Below, in pieces: positions 47,901 through 57,300 of a DNA stretch of 64,000 nt. The stretch comes from a virus. Lineage: Duplodnaviria; Caudoviricetes. Position 1 is the stretch's first letter. Every line of letters starts with the position of its first letter. The stretch is from IMG/VR virus record IMGVR_UViG_3300027833_000044, positions 24 to 64,023 of that record; one strand, 5' to 3'. Under the pieces are notes generated by a model that saw nothing but the letters and a program-made list of their open reading frames with translations, was not told the DNA's origin and made no database searches. The position numbers and the translations under genes are program-made.

Positions 47901-50114
47901 AACCTCTTTGGAGGATGGAGAGGAGCGGGTCAGTGGAACTGGTCTGGTCTAAACACCCAAAGAAGTTCAAACGGTATAAACCAAACTGGTGTGTCTTCAT
48001 CTAATGAAGGTGGATTTACTGGTAGAACAACAAGTTTCAGTCAACAAGTAGTTGTTGGTAATAGAACAGTTCGTAAGGTTGTTGGTGATAAAACTGTATC
48101 ATTAACATTCCTTCCATTCATTCGTTCTCGTGAGGTATCTTTCCGTGCAGAAGGTCTAAGACCTAACACTAGATACTTCCCATTCTTTGATGGTAAAGAT
48201 GTTGCAACTTTCTGTAAAGAAAAAGCATTCCAAAGACATGCAAGTGGAACTTTCCTAAGTGGTAAAGAAAATAGATTAGCTACTACTCACCCAGAGGGTT
48301 CTCAGAATTTAATATCTAACTCAAATGGTGAAATTGACGGTTCATTCTTTATTCCATCAAACGAAACAACTCGTTTCCGTGCGGGAACAAGAGAGTTTAA
48401 ATTACTTGATATTAGTAAGAATGATGATGCCGCTTCTTTATCACACGCATCAAATAACTATGTTGCTCAAGGTACATTAGACACCAGACAGAAGACTGTT
48501 ACATCTACTCGTATTACTCAAGTAAGAACACGTAGATGGACAGAGACTACACGTGTCCGTAATCGTGACCCCCTTGCACAATCATTCACAGTGACTAAAC
48601 CCTCTGGAATGTTTGTTACTAAGGTACAGACTTATTTTAAAACCAAGGATGCGAATATTCCTGTTGAATTACAGATTCGTCCTATGGTAAATGGTGCTCC
48701 ATCTTCTACAGAGATTATTGGTAACGCATCTAAGTTCTTGAACCCAAGTGCGGTAAACCTTCCTTCTTCTCAAACACAAGCTGCGGTCTTAAATGCACCC
48801 ACTACATTTGAGTTTGATGAACCAATCTTCTTGAATCCAGAACAGGATTATTGTATTGTTCTTCTTGCAGAATCAATTGATTATAACGCTTATGTCGCAG
48901 AGACTTATGCGTTTGAACTTGGTTCTACAGAAAAACGTATTTCACGTCAACCATCTATGGGGTCATTATTTAAGTCTCAGAATGGTAAGACATGGGAGCC
49001 AGACCAAACAAAAGACCTTGCATTTAAAATCTTCACTGCGGACTTTGATACTGCGGGTGGTTATGCAGTGTTTGAAAACGCTCCTCTCGAAAAAGAAGCT
49101 GTTTCAAGTAATCCATTCTTTACAACAACATCCGATGCGACAGTCACTATGTTATTCCCGAACCACGGGTATGATGTAAGTGATACTATCACAATTTCAG
49201 GTGCAGTTGGTGGTAATGGATTATCTGCGGGTAATATAAACGGTAACAGAACTGTTACTCACGCAGATGGATTCGGTATCAAATTTGAAGCGGGTAGTAC
49301 TGCAAATGCGGGTGGTAGAATTGGTGGAAGTGCAGTTAAGGCGGATAGACAAGTTCTGTTCGATACTGTTGTTCCCGAATTTACAACACTACAACCCGAT
49401 GATACAAATATAACATATAATGTTAAGTTTACTACTGGTAAATCATTTGCCTCTGTCGGACAAACAAGATATCAAAAAGATGGTGCGTACTCTTCTGAGA
49501 TTCGTATTGGAGACGAAAACTATTTCCCAACTCCAAGACTTATTGCTAAGAGTGCAAACGAGACTGCTGAAATTACAGGTGGTGCTAAGTCCACAACCTT
49601 TAAAGTTAATATGTCAACAGTCCGTAGCGATGTTTCTCCATTGGTTGATGCACAAAGAGTATCACTTAAAACTTCAAACAATATTATTGATAATCAAGCG
49701 GCATCTGCTGCTGCGGGATTCAATGTTCCGTTAAGTTATGTTGCAGAAACCGCTTCGTTTGGTGGTTCTTCTCTTGCAAAACACATGACCACAGTTGGTC
49801 AACTCGAAGAACCCGCAGTTGGTTTAAAACTAATAATTTCTTGTTTAAGACCAGTTGGTTCTGCCTTTGATTTATATTGGAGAGTTGCACAAGACGGTGA
49901 AAATATCTTTGATTTAGATTGGACACTAGAAACACCAGAACAAACGATTGCTGCTGATGAAAGAAACTTCCGTGATTATCGTTTCCTAATTGGTGGAGAT
50001 GGTGGAGATGTAGATGCATTCTCGCAATATCAATTTAAGATTGTAATGCGTACCAATAACTCTGCAAAAGTTCCTTTCTTTAAGGACTTACGTGCAATTG
50101 CAATGGCAACATAA
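44916..50114 (+). CDS. large virion structural protein (DUF4815/VrlC-like)
   Basis: YKDDF....YHRVLF..GR.IQARELTQLQ, PGADR, RTFDESG.Y, KSGFFVDNF, DPLAQSF, GSLFKSQNG.TW. Confidence 0.85.
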   Translation: MSKTFTSNVFQSTYKDDFRDSDNYHRVLFNSGRAIQARELTQLQTIIQEEIGRFGRNIFLDGSAVNPGGPHVNSNYEFIKLDTSVRTLPDDTSSLLGLEFTHSATSTAVRILEVVPATGSDPATLYVQYTNTSGGSVGTNPVRMNAGVDISSGSFTFTVQSTNTIANPAVGQGCQVSNAAGDFFTRGHFVFAKPQSLIISKYTRYPTKTIGFRVTEDIVTVADTNELYDNQGANPNLSSPGADRYRIKLTLVTKADVAADENFVYYCDIVEGNIVDQVTGADTYNAPNTLVAQRTFDESGDYIAKDFTIDFSDSGDNLLASVSDGTAYINGHRGATEKPTPLTIAKPRTDVTLTNEVSGISYGQFVLCSEVKGDIGSLFKTVNLSTSTTNPAASVTGTARVRFVEKSGAQFKVYLFDIKMNSGQSFRNIKTLGTTTANRAIPVFESSKAVIKDATKVNLVYPLPNPRPRAITDVDFEVQRVSATISNSSSSFSMPNLTVTGETYVNTSDWIVVNASTGAVQTGATFGSSGTTAMTVSNVASANAIVYHKVNKSQPVVRPKTLTDATKTATLSTDSLTGAKYLDLSKTDIYSVQSIRLTNSGGTDISHQFTVDDGQRAGFYGNGRLVLNGGETQNGTVYCAFKHFVHGNGDYFSVNSYEGKVDYDKIPAFKVGPRTSVNLRDVVDFRSAVNSSNVFTASTQNEIPANGDIFQGDVTYYVPRSDKIVVTEQGEVKNILGEAGFSSQIPETPSNTLGLFELEHNAYGLNDSDVVVTPLKAKGFTMKDISELENRIDKLEEATTLSMLELDTSSLLVLDSAGNSRMKSGFFVDNFVNRAFSDAENSEYRAAIEPTKGLLSCAVFEDNVGLVYDSAASSNTILKGDTIFLNYTHVESISQPVVSGTENVNPFAVITGEGNLTLSPASDEWFQTSYKPANVINKTAEEQLGDLNEGNLAVGTAQKRGFAGGGGSWQWSGAPFIPLLGFGEFGIGGGGGGIGNLFGGWRGAGQWNWSGLNTQRSSNGINQTGVSSSNEGGFTGRTTSFSQQVVVGNRTVRKVVGDKTVSLTFLPFIRSREVSFRAEGLRPNTRYFPFFDGKDVATFCKEKAFQRHASGTFLSGKENRLATTHPEGSQNLISNSNGEIDGSFFIPSNETTRFRAGTREFKLLDISKNDDAASLSHASNNYVAQGTLDTRQKTVTSTRITQVRTRRWTETTRVRNRDPLAQSFTVTKPSGMFVTKVQTYFKTKDANIPVELQIRPMVNGAPSSTEIIGNASKFLNPSAVNLPSSQTQAAVLNAPTTFEFDEPIFLNPEQDYCIVLLAESIDYNAYVAETYAFELGSTEKRISRQPSMGSLFKSQNGKTWEPDQTKDLAFKIFTADFDTAGGYAVFENAPLEKEAVSSNPFFTTTSDATVTMLFPNHGYDVSDTITISGAVGGNGLSAGNINGNRTVTHADGFGIKFEAGSTANAGGRIGGSAVKADRQVLFDTVVPEFTTLQPDDTNITYNVKFTTGKSFASVGQTRYQKDGAYSSEIRIGDENYFPTPRLIAKSANETAEITGGAKSTTFKVNMSTVRSDVSPLVDAQRVSLKTSNNIIDNQAASAAAGFNVPLSYVAETASFGGSSLAKHMTTVGQLEEPAVGLKLIISCLRPVGSAFDLYWRVAQDGENIFDLDWTLETPEQTIAADERNFRDYRFLIGGDGGDVDAFSQYQFKIVMRTNNSAKVPFFKDLRAIAMAT

Positions 50115-50320
50115 TGAATAAATTGATACCCGTAGAAGGAAACTCAAATTTGGCAAGATGTCCAAATACGGGTACAATTATTAATATAAATAAAGATGAG
50201 ATAAGTAAAGCTCGTTTATTAAAAGCGAGAAGAAGAGACCAAGAAAAAGAGTTTTTAGAATTAAAACATGAAGTCGGTGAAGTAAAAGAACTCCTTAACA
50301 AACTAATAGAGAAACTGTAA
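50114..50320 (+). CDS. small conserved virion-module protein
   Basis: VEG.SNL.R...TG.IIN, C-terminal coiled coil. Confidence 0.75.
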   Translation: MNKLIPVEGNSNLARCPNTGTIININKDEISKARLLKARRRDQEKEFLELKHEVGEVKELLNKLIEKL

Positions 50321-51819
50321 TGGCTACAACAAAACCGACAATTACAACGATTAATGATACGTTCACTACGTTGGTTACTAATACCAACACAGTCTCATTA
50401 GACTTAGGTGCAACTGGTCGATTAAATACGAATCAAGATTCTAGTGCCGTTGCAGCTATTAACGAACTGGAACTAGGTATTCGTGGTGCTTCCAATAACC
50501 TAGTTGCTACAGACCTTGCAGACTTTACTGCCAATAACATCGTATCTGCACTACATGAACTTGATAGTGATTTACATGGTGTTGGTGGTGGTAACGCTAA
50601 GGCAGACCTAACAACAAACGCAAAAGCAGTTGTTGATGGTATTAATGAACTAGAAGTTGCTATTCGTGGAACTGATAACGGACTGGTTTCAGCTATCCTA
50701 TCAACCACTGCGACTAACTTAGTTACTGGTATCGCTGAACTTGACTCCGATATCGGTGCAAGACCTCATACTACTCTGACCACTGATGCGAAAACTCTTA
50801 CAGGTGCGGTCAACGAGTTAGATAGTGATTTGGGTGCAAGGGAATCTCTGGGAACAATAAATAAAACATCTGTTGTTAATGCAGTCAATGAACTAGAAAC
50901 TGCAATCCGTGGTACTACAGCAAATTACACTATTAGTACTAGTAGTAATGATTTAGTAGGTGCGGTAAACGAACTTGATGCATTGCAAGGTAATGTTGTA
51001 ATGGGAACAAGTGCATCTACCGTTACAGGTGCAATTGCAGAACACGATGCAGAACTTGGTGACTCTGCAATGGGAACGGCCAAAACTACTATAACAGGTG
51101 CGATTGCAGAACTAGAAGTAGAGATTGATACACTTAACACAAAGGTTGAACCCACTCAATCATTAACAACTACTGCAACTACATTATCAGATGCAGTAAA
51201 TGAACTTGATGCACTACAAGGCGATAGTGCCTTGGGAACGGTCAAAACTACTATAACAGGTGCAATCCACGAACTTCATGGCGAAGTTGATGGTATTCAT
51301 ACTGAAATTGGTAGTAGTAATATTAATAGTATTGCCTCAAGTAATAATCATATTACTGGTGCCTTGGTTCAATTACATACAGAACTAGGAAGTGCCGCAT
51401 TAGATACTAGTGCAAATACTCATACTGGTGCAATCAATGAACTGCACACCACACTTGGTCAAGCATTAACAGATAGCGGTGCCAATGGTAATCTTGTTCG
51501 ACAAGGTAACGTTACCTTTAATAATGTAGGACTTGGACTACATGTACTTGACAGTGCTATAGGTAATTTAGTTGGTTTAAATGCTACAGATGTTCCTGCT
51601 GCGGGTCATAATAACTTAGTATCCGCTATCAACGAAGTTGCTGCAAGAGTAACTGGACTTGATGCTTCTGGTGCTGAGGTTGATTCTAGAATCGGTTCAT
51701 TATCAAATCTACACGCTGCTTTCACAGGAACAGAAGATGACAGTATAGTGAATGCTATAAATGCACTGAGAGGCGATATCCCATTAATATTTAATGAGAA
51801 TGGCGTACAACTTAATTAA
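50320..51819 (+). CDS. segmented coiled-coil fibre (fibritin/whisker-like)
   Basis: many T.A..(L/I)(V/T).A(I/V)(N/A/H)EL repeats of roughly 22-28 aa. Confidence 0.7.
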   Translation: MATTKPTITTINDTFTTLVTNTNTVSLDLGATGRLNTNQDSSAVAAINELELGIRGASNNLVATDLADFTANNIVSALHELDSDLHGVGGGNAKADLTTNAKAVVDGINELEVAIRGTDNGLVSAILSTTATNLVTGIAELDSDIGARPHTTLTTDAKTLTGAVNELDSDLGARESLGTINKTSVVNAVNELETAIRGTTANYTISTSSNDLVGAVNELDALQGNVVMGTSASTVTGAIAEHDAELGDSAMGTAKTTITGAIAELEVEIDTLNTKVEPTQSLTTTATTLSDAVNELDALQGDSALGTVKTTITGAIHELHGEVDGIHTEIGSSNINSIASSNNHITGALVQLHTELGSAALDTSANTHTGAINELHTTLGQALTDSGANGNLVRQGNVTFNNVGLGLHVLDSAIGNLVGLNATDVPAAGHNNLVSAINEVAARVTGLDASGAEVDSRIGSLSNLHAAFTGTEDDSIVNAINALRGDIPLIFNENGVQLN

Positions 51820-51830
51820 TCGGAGAGAAC

Positions 51831-54380
51831 ATGACTGTTCCATTAAAGCTAAAAGACAGTGATGGTGCTGAATTAGCTGAGTTCTCTTCATCCGAAGAGA
51901 ATTATTTAGCATTCCTAACTGGTCAACACATGGCGGGTTTTGGTGCGGGTACGCCTGGCACATTAACAACTACTGAATCTGGTGTTACCACTAATATTGG
52001 GTCAATAACAGATACTAAGTACGACCAATCGGTTGGTCACTCTACTGGGAGTGGACTTCAAACTATTACAACAACTACATCTTCTCTGCTTCAAGCAGCG
52101 GGAAGTATTGATAATGCAACAACAAGAGCTTATACTAATTTTCGTCTTCCTATAATGCAGAGAGACAGTGATGGTCAAAGACTTATTCGTGAAATGAATG
52201 ACTCAGATATGGACTCTTTAGTCACTAGAATACGTAATCGTATTTTTGTATCTGACTATCCTAGCACATTCCGTCTTGGTTCTAGTACTCCTTCGGGTAC
52301 TTACAGCACTTATCTTAGTGGTATTGCAAGTGACACTAGAACAGATGGTACAGATATATCGTTTAACATTTACAGAAAAACAAATGATAATGCACCAACT
52401 AAGGTATTACCGTTTTCTATAAAACGTGCTGCTGGGTCTACAGGAACATATCAAGGTTTTCAGTTGATGACCGACCAACAAGTCAGAGAAACTTTTGCTG
52501 ATTATGTTAGAAATAAGATTGCGGCAGGTATAAGTTCGAATGAGGTTGGAACATATAAACTATACCCTTCTGGTACAACACCAACGGGTCAAGGTTTATC
52601 TGGAACATGGGCTGCAAAGGGAACTGCGACAGATACTAGACAGGTTGTCGCTGACCAAAACTATACCAGAAGTCGTCAATCAACATATATAAAATTAAGA
52701 AATTCAAATTATAGTCTTGCATATCAGAGAGTTAGGTCTTCGACCTACATAGGCACCAGTGAGTCTGGCCCTCGAACAAGTACTTATACGACCACAGCAA
52801 TCCATGTTAGAACTGAAACCTATGCGGCATCTGGTTTCCTTGGTAATTTTACTGGTGATTTCACTGGCAGTACAGAAAGAACATACTCAAAACTAAGACA
52901 AACTCAAGCAGATTACACTGGTAATTTCACGGGTGAGTTTAGTGCAGTTTACCAAAGATTGAGTACATTCTTAGGTGATTATGGTAATAAGACCGTTAAT
53001 AGTATTGTTGTGTCGGATTTCACTGGTAATTCAACAACAGACTTTATTGGTGTGTATTCTAGAAGTCAAGCTTTTTTAGGTAATTTCACTGGTACATACA
53101 ATCGTACTAGTACAAGAGACAGCGAAGAAATTAATGCTGCGAATTATTCCAGAGACTTTGAGGGTAACTTCTCTAGAGATTTCGAGAGAACAAGAGACTC
53201 AAACTACCAAAGAACTTCTTATACTAACTACCAAAGAACTTCTTATCAAGATTATACAAGAGACTCCAATAGAACTTCTTATCAAGATTTTACAGGTGAC
53301 TTTCAGGGTAATTATTCTAGAAACTTTGCTAGAAATTACGATAGACTACGGGTAGTCACCACTGGTTACCAGACCGATTTCCAAAGAGGCACCGCAAAGC
53401 AGGGCACCTTGGAGAACTTTACAGGTAATTTTGTAGGTACAAGTTATTATACTAGACAAAGACAAAACTATGCATATGGTTGGTCTGGTTATTATTATCA
53501 AAAGAACGGTTCGAGCACAGATGATTATTGGCGAGTATCATATCAGGGTACTACTGTTAATCTCAATGGTGGGGCTTTCTTTGTATTTTTCTCTGCTGGC
53601 AGTAACAACGATGCAAATAAACAGTGGGGGCCAACGCCTGGCACACCTGATTCAGAAAATATTAGTCAACACTTTCCTCAATCAGACTATGACTTAATAA
53701 CAAGTTATAATCTTACTACAGCTATTCCGTCTTACCATGACTTTATTAGTAATGGTTGGGATGGGTTTGAATCCCGAATAGCTAATGTAACGGGTGTAAT
53801 AATCGGTAACTATGAATATGAAAGAGGTTCGTTTGTTTACAACGAAACTTCAACTGGTGGTCAAAACACATATTATTACAGATTAAGACGTAGATTTGCT
53901 ACATACTATACTGGTAACTATGCAGCACAATATTTAGGTGGATATGCAAGAAACTATTCACGTGGATTTACACGTAATAGTACTGCCAACTCTCAAGCTT
54001 CCTATGCAGGAGACTATACAGGAGATTTTGCGGGTGATTTCTTAGGAGATTACAGTAGAAGTTTTGAGGGAGATTATCAAAGAAGTTTTGAAGGAAATTT
54101 CTCAAGAAACTATATGTCTACCAGAAGTTCAAACTATAGTGGTGGTGACGCATATGTTAGAGAATATGTTGGTAATTTCATAGGTAATTTCTCAAGAACC
54201 TTTAGTATCCCCTATGAGGGCAATTATCAAAGGAACTTTGTTGGAAACTACACGGGCGATTATCAAAGAAACTTCCTCGGTAATTTCCTTAGAAACTTCC
54301 TTGGTAATTATGCGGGTGCCACAATTACGTCAAATCCAGAAAATATCGAGACTTATACTCTCTACGTAAGAACAGCATAA
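51831..54380 (+). CDS. tetrapeptide-repeat stalk protein with central knob domain (paralog A)
   Basis: N-terminal domain and C-terminal TYTLY.RTA shared with 54391-57942; (Y/F)xG(N/D) and YxR tetrads flank a ~146-aa non-repeat domain. Confidence 0.85.
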   Translation: MTVPLKLKDSDGAELAEFSSSEENYLAFLTGQHMAGFGAGTPGTLTTTESGVTTNIGSITDTKYDQSVGHSTGSGLQTITTTTSSLLQAAGSIDNATTRAYTNFRLPIMQRDSDGQRLIREMNDSDMDSLVTRIRNRIFVSDYPSTFRLGSSTPSGTYSTYLSGIASDTRTDGTDISFNIYRKTNDNAPTKVLPFSIKRAAGSTGTYQGFQLMTDQQVRETFADYVRNKIAAGISSNEVGTYKLYPSGTTPTGQGLSGTWAAKGTATDTRQVVADQNYTRSRQSTYIKLRNSNYSLAYQRVRSSTYIGTSESGPRTSTYTTTAIHVRTETYAASGFLGNFTGDFTGSTERTYSKLRQTQADYTGNFTGEFSAVYQRLSTFLGDYGNKTVNSIVVSDFTGNSTTDFIGVYSRSQAFLGNFTGTYNRTSTRDSEEINAANYSRDFEGNFSRDFERTRDSNYQRTSYTNYQRTSYQDYTRDSNRTSYQDFTGDFQGNYSRNFARNYDRLRVVTTGYQTDFQRGTAKQGTLENFTGNFVGTSYYTRQRQNYAYGWSGYYYQKNGSSTDDYWRVSYQGTTVNLNGGAFFVFFSAGSNNDANKQWGPTPGTPDSENISQHFPQSDYDLITSYNLTTAIPSYHDFISNGWDGFESRIANVTGVIIGNYEYERGSFVYNETSTGGQNTYYYRLRRRFATYYTGNYAAQYLGGYARNYSRGFTRNSTANSQASYAGDYTGDFAGDFLGDYSRSFEGDYQRSFEGNFSRNYMSTRSSNYSGGDAYVREYVGNFIGNFSRTFSIPYEGNYQRNFVGNYTGDYQRNFLGNFLRNFLGNYAGATITSNPENIETYTLYVRTA

Positions 54381-54390
54381 ATAGGTTGAT

Positions 54391-57300
54391 ATGGGAACTA
54401 CAACACTAAAACTTGAAGGTACGAATGGTGACCTCAAGGAGATAACCACCGTAGAGGAAAACTACCTTGCATATCAAGCAGGGTTGCATTTGTCTGCGTT
54501 GGATTCGAGTGCAGTAGGAACACTTACCGCATCCTCAACCAATAATACTTTAATTGGAACATATACCGACACCACATTTAATGATGCTGTCGGAACACAC
54601 GGATTTTCTGGTGGTAATGTTCCTGTTGTACAAACAACAACTTCTTTATATCAAAGGGAAGGAGTTGCCGATTTCGCAGGCGATTCCGATGCATTCCGAT
54701 ATCCTATTGAATATAATAATAATAGTGGAACTGATGAGATTCATGAACTTGATTCCTCAGAAGTAGACACACTTACAGACCGTTTGGTAAGTCGTATTGC
54801 GACATCCGAATATCCTGGCACTTATCGTCTTGGGTCTTCTTCACCAAATGGAACATACTCTACTTATAAAGCAGGGGTATTTTCTGATAGATTACAAACA
54901 GGCGCTTCAGGAACAGTTTATAACCTTTATGTGAAGTCTTCTATGTCTTCACCTACTGCAATCAGACCCGTTACAATTAAAAGAGCGAGCGGGATGACTG
55001 GTTCTTTCCAAGGTCTGAAAGAAATGACCGATGCGGAAATTAAATATTCTTTCGGTTCAAGAGTTCAATCCAGAATAACAAATGGTTCGAATGGAGTTGG
55101 AACATACCAATTAAGAAGTAATGTTCAAGGTGCTCCAACAGATACAGGAACTTGGTCAACTCGTGGTACTGCAACTGATACTCGTTTTAATCTAGTAAAC
55201 ACTGATTATAGTGCAAACTATCAAAGGGTTAGTACAACAGATTCTACTAGAAACCGTACCGCAGATTTCTCTAGAAGTGTTGATTATACTGGTAACTATC
55301 AACGAAACTTTACAGGTAACTTTCTGGGTGAATATACTGGAGACTTCACAGGTAACTTTGTTGGTGACTTTGTAGGTAATTATTCTAGAAGTTTTATCGG
55401 AGATTACGTAGGTAATTACTCCAGAAACTTTGAAGGTAACTATACTGGTAATTATTCTAGAAACTTCCTTGGAAACTACATAGGTAACTATGCACGTGCA
55501 TATTCTGCTGTCTATTCAAGAACAAGAGTAACAACATACACTGGTGATTTCACTGGTAACTATGTCGGAAACTATTCAAGAAACTATAGTGCTGCATATA
55601 CCAGAAACAGTACTGCGGAATTTGTAGGTGATTTTACTGGTAATTATACAGGTAACTATACAAGAAACTATAGTGCAAATTATCAGAGAACTCGTGTTAC
55701 TAACTTCCTTGGAGATTTTACTGGTGATTATACTGGTAACTATGCTCGTAACTATGAAGCGGATTATACAAGAAATAGAGTCACGACATTTACAGGTAAC
55801 TTCTTAGGTGATTACACAGGTAACTACGCTAGAAACTTCGAAGCAGACTACCAAAGAACTCGTATCACTAACTCAGCGGGAACATATACAGGTAATTTCT
55901 TAGGAGATTACACTGGTAACTATGCCAGAAACTTTAGTGCAAACTATCAGAGAACCCGTTCAACTGATTACACACAGGTCTTTACAGGTAACTACGAAGG
56001 TAATTATACTGGTAACTATGCTCGTAATTATCTTGGTAACTACGCAAGAGCATACACCCGAACACGTATTACTGATTACGTAGGAGATTTTGCGGGCGAC
56101 TATGCAGGGAATTTCTTAGGTGACTATACAGGTAACTATGCACGTAATTATCTTGGTAACTATGTTGGTGATTATGCAGGAGACTTTGCAGGAAACTTCT
56201 TAGGTGACTACACAGGTAACTATGCACGTGCTTATAGTGCAAACTACCAAAGAACCCGTGCAACTAACTACCAAAGAACTCGTGCAACCAACTACGCAAG
56301 AGCATTTAGTGCAAACTACCAGAGAACCCGTGCTACTAACTACCAGAGAACCCGTGCAACTAACTATGCTAGAAACTTCTTAGGTAACTACGCTAGAAAC
56401 TATCTTGGTAACTATGTAGGAAACTATACAGGTAACTTTGCGGGTAACTATACTGGTAACTTTGTAGGTAACTATGCAAGGACTCGTGCTACTGCATACG
56501 CAAGAACACGTGCTACTAACTATGCGGGTGGTGGTAAAAGTGGTGACGCTTATAACTACACTGGTAACTTTGTAGGTAACTACACTGGTAACTTTGTAGG
56601 TAACTACGCAAGAACAAGAGCAACTGCATATAGTAGAACAAGAGCAACTGCATATGCGAGAACTCGTGCGACCAACTACGCAAGAGCGTTTACTGCAAAC
56701 TATGCTAGAAACTATCTTGGTAACTATCTTGGAGACTATGTTGGTAACTTCTTAGGAGATTACACTGGTAACTATGCTCGTAATTATCTTGGTAACTATC
56801 TTGGAGACTATGTTGGTAACTTCTTAGGTGACTATACAGGTAACTATGCTAGAAACTTTAGTGCAAACTACCAGAGAACATCTACTAGAGATTCTAATAG
56901 AACTCGTATTACCGACTATAGTCAGAATTATGCAAGAAACTTTAGTGCAAACTATCAACGAACATCTACTAGAGATTCTAATAGAACTCGTATTACTACA
57001 TACACGGGTGACTTTGTAGGTAATTACGCAAGAAACTTTACTGCAAACTACGCTAGAAACTTTAGTGCCGCCTATGCCCGAACCCGTGTAACTGATTCCA
57101 CAGGTAACTTTGTTGGTGATTTCTTAGGAGATTATACAGGAAACTATGCACGTAATTATAGTGCGAACTATCAAAGAACCCGTGCTACTGATTATGTTGG
57201 TGATTATGTTGGTGACTTTGCGGGTAACTATGTAGGAAACTATGCTCGTAATTACCAAGCAGATTATCAGAGAACCCGTGCAACTGATTATGCAGGAGAT

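Noticed and set aside
50185-50192. TATAAATA inside the small ORF 50114-50320
   Set aside because: Could drive the fibre genes, but a chance match in AT-rich coding sequence cannot be excluded.
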